A stretch of 63,843 nt of DNA, the filler included, from Intoshia linei (Eukaryota; Animalia; Orthonectida): NCBI GenBank assembly GCA_001642005.1. It is 7 parts of 7 records of this genome, joined end to end, with 100 filler letters (N's around TTAATTAATTAA, not from the genome) between each part and the next. Parts side by side here need not be neighbours in the genome. Positions count along the whole stretch, not along the records: positions 46,621 to 54,712 come from LWCA01001483.1; positions 54,813 to 61,171 come from LWCA01001674.1; positions 61,272 to 63,843 come from LWCA01002274.1; 4 more parts are not named here. One strand, written 5' to 3'. The notes beneath the pieces are model-generated. The model ran no database searches. It worked only from the letters and a program-made list of their open reading frames with translations, and was not told the origin of the DNA. The position numbers and the translations under genes were made by a program. Below, in pieces: positions 52,710 through 63,843 of this stretch (the first letter of the stretch is position 1; each line of letters begins with the position of its first letter).

Positions 52710-53904
52710 CAGTGGTTTTTAACCTTTTTTAGAGAATCGCCCATTTTTCAACCAAAATAAAATTATCGCCCCATAAAGAAAATCGTTATTTTTTAATTTA
52801 CAAAGTTTATAAATATGCAGTGCATGTTATGCAGCAATTTTTTTGAACAGTAGAGTTGATACGGAATACAATAAAAAAAGCAATTTAATTGTTTTTTTGA
52901 TATCTTAAGAAATATGCAAATGAAATTTGAGATTATTTTTTTAATTTGATGGATCATGAAAATAATATATACAATAAAAACTAAGTATGTAAAAAAAAAC
53001 CAAAATATATTATAATTTAACCGTATTAACTTTATAAAATTTTAATTAGCCAATTAATATTGACGATATTGGTGCCATCATGCTGGAAATGTTAAACTAT
53101 TTAACATATCAAATTTTAACTTTTCTGACTTTTGCTTGCTTTAATTATAATGAATAAATGTAACAAATTTAAAATAAAAAATATTAAAAGGAATCATGAA
53201 ATTATAAATATTTAAGCTTTACAAAGAAAAGGTAAAATTTATTATTAATGGCTACCCTGATATTGATGACTATTTGATAATTTTTTAATATCAGGAGCGA
53301 TATTTGTTAAGCATAATCGTAAGTCACCTCGTTTTGATGAAATGTAGTTTGTTCCTCTTTTTTGATTGAAGATCAGTTACTACACTAAAACCTTTCTCAA
53401 CAAGGTAAGTAGATGTATATATAAGCCAATAGTAACAATGTCACTTCGTTCCAAAGATTCGGATATACATTTTTTTTTTTGAAAAAATAAGGTAGAGTAA
53501 CCCTTTTGTTTAAAATTGAATTGTGTTTCAATGTCATTTTGTAAGTCAACAATTCTTCTACTAAATTCGATGGAATTGAATTAACATCAACATTGAATAG
53601 ATTTATTGCATACTCTGGTATTTCTGTGTTTCGTGTATTATAAATACTAATTAGGTTGTTAATTAAAATTACATGTAATGTTTAATTCTAACAAGTTCAC
53701 CTATATAAAAAGATTCCAAAGATCAATACCAACCCTTTCTACAAAATAATCATGTGACTGTAACCACTGTACCAGCTAGGCTCATTGAACGGTTATAATC
53801 TGATGTTATATTGGAATTCCAACTGATGCGATAAAAATATTTTCGCCCCATTCAATCATAAAAATGACCCAAGGGGGCGCTATCGCCCAGCTTAAGAATC
53901 ACTG
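52710..53904 (-). mobile_element. Internally deleted hAT Buster/Charlie-like element with transposase C-terminal remnant
   Basis: TIRs CAGTGGTTTTTAAC / CTTAAGAATCACTG. TSD TTTTACAT/CTTTACAT. Minus strand gives TSTYLVEKGFSVVTDLQSKKRNKL at about 53340-53420. Confidence 0.85.
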
Positions 53905-54144
53905 CTTTACATTGTATTAATAATAATTTAATACAATAATTAAAGGGTCATGTAATGTTTAGATAAGGCATATTCTGAAATATAAATTCTATATTTAAAA
54001 TATTACAATTTTAAGTCGATAATATAATAAAATGATATACGGTTACTAAAGTTACATTTATTGTAACTAAAGTAAAGATTTACAATGAGTATTACAGGTC
54101 ACATTACAAATTAGATTAATAATAATGACGGAGGTAACTACAGG

Positions 54145-54555
54145 GTGTTTATTTTAAAACTACATTACTTAATTTTGGAAGATTTTAGTGTTAAGAACAT
54201 TCAATACGTTTATAATGTTCTCAAATCCATTAGAAAAACAGATACTTCTCTAACTACAACAACCATTTACAATTCATGTCAAAAATTTCAAAAAAAAAGT
54301 AATTCTTTTGTTTACGAGATAAATAAAAGCCCTTTTGTTTTGTTTATGACAGACAAGTCATTATTGGATGAGGTTTCTGACACATTTGCAATTGATTTTA
54401 CTTTCAAGTTGCTTTATAATAACTTGGTTTATTGTATTGTAGGATGCATTGATAACAATCAATCATTTAAAATATCATTTTTAAATTATCAATTAGTATA
54501 TGTTCTAAAAAGGATTCTATTTCTATCAATTTTATATTACTTATTACTTTTATAA
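54145..54555 (+). pseudogene. Possible MULE/Mutator transposase fragment
   Basis: FAIDFTFKLLYNNLVYCIVGCIDNNQSFKI resembles the MULE first-Asp region (D-T-KL...G-D-N-F). Adjacent to a gap. Confidence 0.5.
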
Positions 54556-55157
54556 TAAAGTACGTAAATCTTCTCAAGTACGTATTATATAAATATTGTA
54601 TGAGCTACTAAAATAACGTAAATTCACTTTTTTCTCATTAATTATACGTTTAATAATATATAAAATTATGGAGAATGAAAAAATATACAAAGACGCGATT
54701 GAATTTGTAAAANNNNNNNNNNNNNNNNNNNNNNNNNNNNNNNNNNNNNNNNNNNNTTAATTAATTAANNNNNNNNNNNNNNNNNNNNNNNNNNNNNNNN
54801 NNNNNNNNNNNNCGGATTGACTTCTAAATGCAAAAGGAAATTAATATTATCATTAGATGGCATATTCTAATTCAGGATGGTCTAAACACATGGATAGGTT
54901 TCACAAAACATATTACTAAACAATTTCGCGGGCCACGCTTTGGACCACTCGTTCTAACATATTTATGTCAAAAATACATCTAGATTTACTATCTGTAGTC
55001 ATAACTTTGTGTTGAGTCTCAAAAGTTTTAAATATGTAATTTTATTAACATTTTAATTTTACCTGTATTGATAATCTCTATAAGAATTTCTCTAAAAATT
55101 ATAATTATGAATTTAAATAAAAGTAAACTAAATTAATAGGTATAATAAATATATATT

Positions 55158-57680
55158 TCAGGTATTAAATACCTACGTCGATAATATTATGGAAATAAAT
55201 TTTTAAATAATGAAATGAAAAACTATACCATAAATATTCCAATTCCTCTTATATTTAATAAAGTAGTTACCCTGTGCATATCATCCCCAATATATCTTAA
55301 TGATGTTGACGAATAATCATTTTCACAAATTGAAGTTTTTGAAGTAAATTCCAATTGTGGCGATATGCCCTAAAATTTTAATAAAAATTTAAAATAATTT
55401 ATGTGACAGTTATCATTTTTTTACATTTTTGAGTAATATTTATATTTTAAAACTTTTTACTGTTCATTAAATGGGCATGATCTTTGACAATTTCTAATCA
55501 AAAGCCTTTTTTATTTTATACTTGACAAATTGAAACACCTCCCTCAATCCTTAACGACCCTTGTTGAAAAACACTAATGTAATCTGTGAAATATCGTATA
55601 TATTAACTTTTACTTCAAAATTTATTGTTCGAGTTAGTAAGAGAGATCGGTTTGGCATTGGATCGCATCTGTATATATTGCATCTAGGATACAAAAATCT
55701 TCTAACATCAGTTTCAAGGTGTGCCAATAATCTGAATCCATAATAGTCGAGTTGATTCAATTCAATAATAGCAATACATTCTAGTTTTAGATATATATGT
55801 TTTAAATTGTAAATTTTTAATTTATGAGTGTAGTAAATAGAAATGAAAGAAATCACACATGTAATTGAACTGAGTTAAATGATGATTGATTGAATAATTT
55901 TCACATTATATAATTCTTATTATTGTTGGATTTATTACAACTTAGTGCTAACAATTAAGGATTAACATACTCATGAGCAGGGATTGGAATTAATTGATTG
56001 CAACCAATTTAATTGCAATTAGTTGGTAAAAATTATTGAAAAATATCGAATAATTAATTGTTCAAAAATTATTTTTTAATTGATTTACATTAAAAATTAA
56101 ATTAACGTGACAATTTGTATACATTCTTCGTTGAACTGAAACTACACTTGTAGCTATTTTTTATCACATTGTTTTTTAATTCCATTTTCATCCGGTACAT
56201 CTATAAATCTGAAGTTTAGACTCTACACCAGGGGTGTACAACCTTTCCACCAATTCAGCCGCATAACTACTTTACTCATTGATAATACGACCGCTCAAAC
56301 TTTACTTCGACATTGAGAAAGTTTACTATGGCCTAAACTTCATGTACAATAATGTATAATAAAATAGTTTTCTTTAAATTTTAATATCAGCGAGTTTTAA
56401 TTAATAATTTTCAATTAAAATTAATCCTTAATTCAGTCATATAAATTAACACCACATTGGTCATTTATCTGAATCGGATTAAATAATAAATAGTAGCATT
56501 AATATTTTGGTAAATAATTAATAATAATTGGAAAACACAAAAAAGTTCCAGTAAAAACCGAATAGTTGATACATTAGAGTGGAAGACATAAAAAATAATA
56601 TTTAAATATTAATAATTACATAAAAAAAAATTTCAGTGACTGCCTTGATTTTTAATGTATATAAATTAATTGAATTTTTTGAAATATAAAAAAATTTAAT
56701 TAATTTTTTCATCCAAAGCATTCGTCAATAAAATGATGCAATTTATATTTTTTCAGTTATATGAAAAAACCAATTAATTGGTTTATACAAAATAATTGTT
56801 ATAATCAATTATTTCCAATCCCTGCTCATGATACATCAGGTTAAAGAATATAGCAAACTAAAACACAGCAAATGTTTATTAAAATTTCATTAAATAAAAA
56901 CCACTTGTAGTTTATCGTGTAGATCTCATTACTGCGACCACGGCGATACCCTTCAGCATTTATGAGCATAATATGATAACTAAACTAAAAAAAATTAAAT
57001 TTGGTCTAAGATTGTTAGTTACAACTTTTATTGTACTACATGTAAATTTATTGCATTTGACTAAATTTGATAACAAATATTGTTTACTAGCTTTTAACTT
57101 GTTAACTAGAAATGAAACTACACAATAACTATAATGAATAATATATAATAATCAAAATAAATATATAGAGTAGATTTTAGTCTGTAGAATATGAACGAAA
57201 GGTAAATCTAAAATGTAACCTATTTAATTTGAAATTATGAATATAACAAATAATATATTTCAGTTTACCTTCTAATTTATCCAAAATTTCAGATGGTTCA
57301 GAAATATAATAAAATACCTAAAAATATAGTATAAAGCAATTAACACCATAATGTTGATGTATTATTGTATTATGTTTAGTATTGTTACTTAATATACATG
57401 TATTATTAGTAATAATACAATAATAATGTAATAATTTATTACTAATAATGTAACGAAAAATTACAGTTTGAAAGCAAAATGATTCATTTATGAACAATGG
57501 AAATCGACATCGTTGAAGTCTAGTTTGTCTTTTTTCTCCAAATAAAATGAGTGTCAAAAATACATCATTTTTGTTTATTAATGACACACCTGGACAAGTA
57601 ACCTATATCAAGTTAAAAATGCTCGTAAGGAAACATACTTGGTCGATTCTTATTTCTGTGTAAACTGTAAAGGATTTCAT
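55158..57680 (-). CDS. SPATA6: Spermatogenesis-associated protein 6 family (SPATA6 domain), at least 5 exons; 3' end uncertain
   Basis: MKSFTVYTEIRIDQ / VTCPGVSLINKNDVFLTLILFG...FPLFINESFCFQT / VFYYISEPSEILDKLE / ECIAIIELNQL...RRFLYP...NRSLLLTRTINFE / GISPQLEFTSKTSICE follows the SPATA6 N-terminal domain pattern. Confidence 0.85.
55978..56824. mobile_element. hAT-type non-autonomous element in a SPATA6 intron, with a probable nested MITE end at 56229
   Basis: TIRs CAGGGATTGGAATTAATTGATT / AATCAATTATTTCCAATCCCTG. TSD CTCATGAG/CTCATGAT. Confidence 0.85.
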
Positions 57681-58802
57681 TTGTTTTTAAATCACAATAA
57701 ATGGGTAACTGGTTATTGTTTACGTTTCCCATGGATGACAAGTTTTAGTGACCCATTTTACAACTATGGAAACAAATACATAATAAACTTTATTGGATTA
57801 TTTTACAATTTAAAATTGAAAAATCATAAATACTCTATAAGATATCAAATAATGAATAATATATACAAAATAGCTAATAAAGGAAAATTAAATCTTAAAG
57901 TCAAACAGTAAACTTTCGTTATATAATAAAATTGCATTAATTTACATGTTAGTATTTTTTAATTTTATATCAAATTTTATTTAGATTTTGTTGGTAAATT
58001 TTCATGTACAATTGTAGATCTTTATAATTTATACAATATATAGATATGTTGAGGAAAATCGTTATAAAATCAAATTTTTTTCCAAGTTTGTCAGGTAGCC
58101 AAGGCTTAAGAAGGGTCTCAACTGAATTTTAAAATATCATAACTATTTTGTGTGTTAAATTGAAACTGTCACGTTCAGAGTCTGAACTTCAGACTTATGG
58201 AGGTGGCTAGGGGCTATATGTCATTAAACATCGATTGAGAAGAAAAATTAAAGGTCTATTTTTAATTTTAGGTGCCTCGAGCATGGTATGTTCGGTTCTG
58301 ATCCCAGGGTCAACATGGACCACTATGATAATTTTTTTTTAGACCAGAGACTGCGGTGTAACCCGCTATGTTTATACAAAATAAATTTGTATTTAATTTA
58401 ATTAGTTTTAAAGAGTTAGAAAATAATTATTCATTGTATTTAATTTTAGAAAGAATAAAAAGATTAAAAGTAAAAAGAGTAAAAAAGCTGAAATAACCGT
58501 TACTCGAATGATTGAAAATTCCAGTGAGAATACAGTAAAAATGTCTGAAAAAGAAAAAAACGATTTAAATGACATTTCACATACTACTAATGAAATTAAT
58601 TTTAAATTAGTCAAACGAGCAAGAGTAATTTACTTTGTACTGTCCAAATCCTGATTAGTGGATATTTTGAACATTTAAGGGGGTTTATTTTATATAAATG
58701 TTTCATATAAAATCCCCTATATTATTATATGACGGAATATTTTTTTAAAAAATTTAATATATTGATGAAAAGTTAAAGGTCAATGTACATTTTGTATAAT
58801 AG

Positions 58803-59002
58803 CAGGGTTCCCACACTTTTTTCACTGTGGACCGATAATTATAATTATATTATTATAATAAATTATAAAATAAATAAATCTCGGCCCATTAAGTGAAAAT
58901 ACCAAGCAATATTAAAAAAAATATGATAAAAATTGATTTGTAATAAGTAAAAATGTTTTACGGACCAATACTGGTCCGTGGACCAGTATTTGGGAAACGC
59001 TG
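58803..59002. mobile_element. hAT MITE, 200 bp
   Basis: Termini CAGGGTTCCCACA / TTTGGGAAACGCTG. TSD TATAATAG/TATGATAG. Internal palindrome CGGACCAATACTGGTCCG. Confidence 0.75.
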
Positions 59003-60221
59003 TATGATAGTATATTTTATTGAAGGAAATGGAGATACAGCCTATTTTTAAATTAAAAATTATTTATATTTTGTATATCGAATTGCAGAGAACATTTTAA
59101 TTTATAACAAAATTCCACTAAATCGGATTGAATTTATTTAATAATTGAAGTTTAATGGATCAAATAATTAATTTACATGATAAAAAAAATTTGAATTAAT
59201 TGTAGTTGGTTATCGATTACGCATCAAGGCTTTTTTAGGTGACTATTTATTAGTTGTCAATAATACCTTGATATTGAAAAAAAATTAAATGAAATATAGA
59301 TTCTTATTAAAATTTCTCAGGTTTATTTATAAATATTGGATTACGTTTCTTTTCTAACCTTTTCAGATATTAATTGTTTAACTAAAACTAATAACGCGTT
59401 AATAGTAATGATGTTGAAAAAATAAAATTTTTCATAGACTCCTGGCTCCACTTGATTGAAATGACTTTTCATGTTTTTATTAATGATTGTTTCATTTATA
59501 TTGATGGTTTCACGAACCCCGTTTTAGATTCAATTATTTTGACATTAAAAATAGTTTTAAATTTTAATTTATTTGTTAATTTAGCGTGACAGAGATATCA
59601 CAAAAAAAGCAGCAATCTCTTATAGACAAAGAATTAATGTAATTTTATGTTTTAGAAAAAATTGTATTACAGTGGTGCATATTGGTGGACCTGCAATCTA
59701 AGAAATGTTGTTTGTAAGATTTAAGAGTTAAGGTCCGCTGATTGAGTACAACCGTGATACTATTGGTTTAATAATTTTATATACATTTTTAGAAGTTAAA
59801 TACTCATTTGGATAATTTAACAGAGCACAATGATATTCCAAAAGTCAGTTGGACTAAATAAATTAATATTATTGTAAATAATAATGTATATGTTAAAACC
59901 TTTGAAATAAACATACATTCACAGTTGTTTCTCTATAGTATAGGGTTCCCTTAATTTTTTTGACGTCTATCGGCAATTTCGTATTGATGCTTTCGCAGAT
60001 TTTAAAATTGATTATCGATATGAAGTATTGAATATTCTGAAGAATGACTGAAACTCGAAACATGTTCATTATGCATGTCATTATCCACTACCCAATATTT
60101 TTATTATTTATCAACGAACGTTTAAAATTTTGGTGAGGAATAGTAAGTTAAAGACTGACTTAATATAATAATTATTAATTGAACTATTTTTTTGAATTTA
60201 CATCTCAATTATATAAAAAGA

Positions 60222-60402
60222 CTAGCTTGGCAGTTTTGTACTACGTACAAACAGCACCTAGCTCTGCCGAGGGCACTCTTTTATTATAACAAAAAAATAA
60301 ATTCACGTTGAAAATCTAACTTAAAAATTCTACTATTAACTATTATCCATAAACAAGTGGTTCCCAAACTTGTTTCAGGTGGAACCATCATATGACATTA
60401 CT
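60222..60402 (-). mobile_element. Helitron 3' fragment, near-identical to 24855-25035
   Basis: CTAGCTTGGCAGTTTTGTACTACGTACAAACAGCACCTAGCTCTGCCGAGG...AGTGGTTCCCAAACTTGTTTCAGGTGGAACCATCATATGACATTACT. Confidence 0.85.
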
Positions 60403-60699
60403 GTTTTGTTAACATTTGCGTAAAGAAGTTAAAAACAATTGTTATCCCATTTTTTTAATTTATTAGACAGAATGTGTGTATAATATTAAAAATAAAGTAA
60501 AAACAGTCCAATCCTAAAAATTGTCATAAATAGCATAAATTCCAAAAAAATAAAATTAGTCCAATACTAAAAATTGTCATAAAGGTGTGAGTTTTGGAAA
60601 TTGAAATTTATATTATTATATGTAAAAATTGTAATAAATAGCATAAATTCCAGATTCTTATCGAATTCTGATTTTAAATTGTGAAGTATTATATATACC

Positions 60700-61171
60700 A
60701 GACCATTTTTAAATGATTCGCTTTCTTTTAAGGTAATGTAATGATATTTGACCTTAATTTTACCAAGTAGACTAAAGAATATTTGCGAGAATTTAAGTAA
60801 AAGTATTTATATGTGTTTGGACAGTTTATTAAAGTTACATTTTCATTGTTTTCTGTATTAAGTTGTTTGTTTTCGAATATATTCGATATTTTTTTTGAAT
60901 TTATCAGATTTAGCTTTCTTGCAAACGAGCACCCTATAATATTGTTAAAGTCTGTAATATGAAATTCTATTAGTTCTATTAATTCGTCAACTAAAAATTT
61001 AACAACACCGTATGACCTTATAGAATTATTGTACCCTCTTAATTTAATATTTGTGCATTTTGGTGTAGCTCGATTCTGAAACTTAAATACAATATCCCTA
61101 TTAATTACGTTAACTCAAGATCCTGTATCTACTAAACAAGTTAGGGTACTTACTTGATTGTTTCCTGTTAC
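60700..61171 (-). pseudogene. LTR retrotransposon (Ty3/gypsy-like) aspartic protease remnant
   Basis: Minus strand reads LTCLVDTGS*VNVINRDIV...IKLRGYNN...EFHITDFNNIIG...KLNLI, with the retropepsin DTG motif and the downstream IIG. Confidence 0.7.
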
Positions 61172-61379
61172 NNNNNNNNNNNNNNNNNNNNNNNNNNNNN
61201 NNNNNNNNNNNNNNNTTAATTAATTAANNNNNNNNNNNNNNNNNNNNNNNNNNNNNNNNNNNNNNNNNNNNTAATAATAATTGGTTGATTTGGAAATTCC
61301 TCAGTATACATTGAAACAACTGTTTTTTGAGATGATAATGGTTGAGATAATGAAACTAAATTATATACTTCCATTGGAA

Positions 61380-61830
61380 TTCATAAAGTTGAACTTTTGG
61401 TGGCCGAATAAGAGTAAAGGCTTAATTTATTTGTTTGTTTTCTTTTTTTCAGAATACAGAAATAGCAGTCATTCGCACTTTCTAAATGTTTCCATATTCT
61501 AGGTGTCACAAATCTCTTTTTAAATCTCATTATTAACGAATGGCACGTTTGATATAGATTTGGGAATTTCAAAGTTGATTCTCGTACATTAAACTGTATA
61601 TTTGTATTATCAAATTTTTACATTTATCAGTTATCGTAACATTTTTTAGTGTTTGGCAAATATATACCACATCAAAAGCAATAATATGTTTCGTTTATTT
61701 CATAGACATGCATTTTAAATTAATAAATAAACATTCAAACTTAAAAAACTTCCTTTTTTAAAGTAATCATTATTTTGAATGATATTGGTCAATTTTAGAA
61801 TCGAAGTGAAACTTTGTTATATTTTTACAT
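61380..61830 (-). mobile_element. Second, decayed copy of the Chapaev-like transposase 5' region
   Basis: MHVYEINETYYCF*CGIYLP... then TCHSL...FVTPRIWKHLESANDCYFC. Inverted homologue of 9110-9340. Confidence 0.5.
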
Positions 61831-62871
61831 GGAGTAGCAAATTATAAAATATTTATATTAATACATACATATGTATTATTAATTTAATTATTAATTACTA
61901 TGAGCTAATAAAATATTTAAAGCAACTAAATTAAACTTTCCATACTTGTATGAATTTGAACTAAAATGAATACATTAAAGATACGCATATTTAAACATAA
62001 CTATTATAATTTATATAATTGTCATAAAATTACCACCAGGTTCTAACATATAGAATTAAACTATAAATGGATGGGCTTATGTACAATTAATTTCATAATG
62101 AATATTAATTACGTTGTTGTAGTATTTCAAATAAAAAAAATATTTTCGTTATTATAAAATAAAGTAAATTGCAAACGATGCAGCTGAACGCGTTTTATTA
62201 AAATATACAAACTTTTTTAATTTTTCTCCACAAACACAGCAGGAATTTCACTTTTTGTAAAAAAAATTAGGAAAAACATAAAAATAAACTTAAATTTAGT
62301 TATTTTTCGTTAATTACTTAATTGATCAACGCTGAGTCATTAATGAGTATTTTTCAGAATTAGTCATCGGATTGTCATTTTTTTATCAAATTACATCTAA
62401 TCTACTGGGTATGTTTTTGAATTTCATAAACAAAATATTTGATGTGACACCCTAATGGGTATTTAAATATTTACGTGGTATTTGAACTAAAATACATATA
62501 CATTGTAATATTTATTTTGTATATTTATAATAAAATATTAATAATTTACGTTTCAGGTCTGTGTTGGACGCATTAGCATACAGCAATAGCGAGGTTAAGA
62601 CGATTAATATGCCTTACTAATTGTAAATGTATTATTCAAGACATAAATGTACGTAAAACCAGACTCATCAGCTTTTTTCGTGCAGGGATTAAGGTATCTA
62701 ATATTTATTTCATATCTAATGAATTTTACCATTTTACATTTATAGAAAAGTCATTATTATTAAAAACCTATTTGATTATAATAAAAAATATTTAACTTAA
62801 ACTATGGGATTGGTTAGGTTAACAATATTTTATATTAATATAAAATTGATCATATAAGATCTTATATATAT

Positions 62872-63843
62872 TAGGGCTGTTCATTTTTTACAAAATTTTC
62901 GATTCGAAAAAAATCCACCCTCTACCTTGAAGAGGGTACTTTAAAACCCCTAAAAATAAAATTTTAAAAAAAATGACCTTAAAAATGTGTACCATTTTTG
63001 AATTTTAAGGTTTTCGCGCTTTTTCCCCTTTTTCTTAATTGGCGCCATTTTTTTTTTAAAGATGGATATGATTAATGTATGACCCACTAAGACATATACC
63101 AAATTTGGCCTGACAAAATTTAATATTGGTCAAATTTAAAAATACTAACATTTATAATAACGATAAATTTATTTTAAATATGAAAATCTGAGTGTCCATG
63201 TTGAAATTCAGTTAACGTTTTGAACACATTTTAATGAAAAAAAGTAATATGAACTCTCTAGAAGCCGAGCTACAAAATTGAACTGTGTTCTAATCGATTA
63301 ATTTTTACATTTTTTGTATGACGATATGTAAAATGTTATGCAGATTCGAGGCAATTGAGTGTAGTTTTTTTTGTATTATTAGTTTCTTCGTTTTAATTAA
63401 TTAAAATCAGGAAACAAACGAAAATACTTTATTATCTTGAAAAAATTACGATAAATCATGGAAACAATAGTTTTTAAAATTTTAAATATTTATTTTGTTA
63501 GAATTTAACAGTAATTTTGTTACAATGTCAACAATATTACGGTCGACAAATTTTTTTACATATCCCAGAGATCTCTCACAAATTTCATTTGTAACATCCA
63601 CATTGATAGGATATGATCGCAACATATAATTCCGATGTTTTACCTTCCAGTATTCCTCGTAATAATTCAATTGATTCAGTTTGTCTTCTACAAGTGAACC
63701 AAGCAGGCGCCCAGTAATCGACAACAAATTTGCACGCATTAATTATAGCTGCAGATTTGTCTGAAGTAAGTAGATAATATTTTAACAGATAGCTTTGTTA
63801 TTCCAGCGAGCTTTAGACAAAGGTCCCAATTTTCTGATTGAAA
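62872..63843 (-). mobile_element. Degenerate DNA transposon, possibly hATm-like, right end
   Basis: Candidate terminus TAGGGCTGTTCATTTTT at 62872. Frameshifted coding remnants FVVDYWAPAWF and VTNEICERSLGYVKKF (N-x2-CER resembles a catalytic Glu motif). Confidence 0.4.

Noticed and set aside
24855-60290. Dispersed conserved repeat of about 55 bp (CTAG...CTAGCTCTGCCGAGG) as a CRISPR repeat or ncRNA
   Set aside because: Copies are kilobases apart, in both orientations, and attached to a longer shared element. They are Helitron 3' termini.
9341-61271. Recurrent TTAATTAATTAA motif flanked by Ns every 6-17 kb
   Set aside because: Identical 100-nt artificial six-frame-stop spacer from scaffolding, not biology. 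Adjacency across these joins is unverified.
1-63843. tRNA, rRNA, CRISPR arrays or prokaryotic operons
   Set aside because: None recognisable by eye. All identified genes have spliceosomal introns.

Overview
A very AT-rich eukaryotic (metazoan) region assembled from seven contigs. The contigs are joined by six identical artificial 100-nt spacers (N44-TTAATTAATTAA-N44). Genes are spliceosomal, with many 35-38 nt introns, while the longer introns are filled with transposon debris. Manual exon stitching supports these genes: cyclin C, acetyl-CoA transporter SLC33A1, a TIKI/TraB Wnt-cleaving metalloprotease, the 3' part of TRAPPC4, an orphan secreted highly acidic protein, branched-chain aminotransferase, a typical 2-Cys peroxiredoxin, SPATA6, and a secreted C-type lectin whose domain is split by an inserted 8-Cys WSC module. 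An MsrA pseudogene is also present. Mobile DNA includes an abundant non-autonomous Helitron family (5' TC, 3' hairpin+CTAG, A/T target), two IR/DR-type Tc1 relics, several hAT relics, hAT MITEs with 8-bp TSDs, and probable Chapaev, MULE and gypsy-protease fragments. The compact, tiny-intron style would fit a reduced parasitic invertebrate (for example an orthonectid), but that is inference only. Exon coordinates were read by eye and may be off by a few bases.
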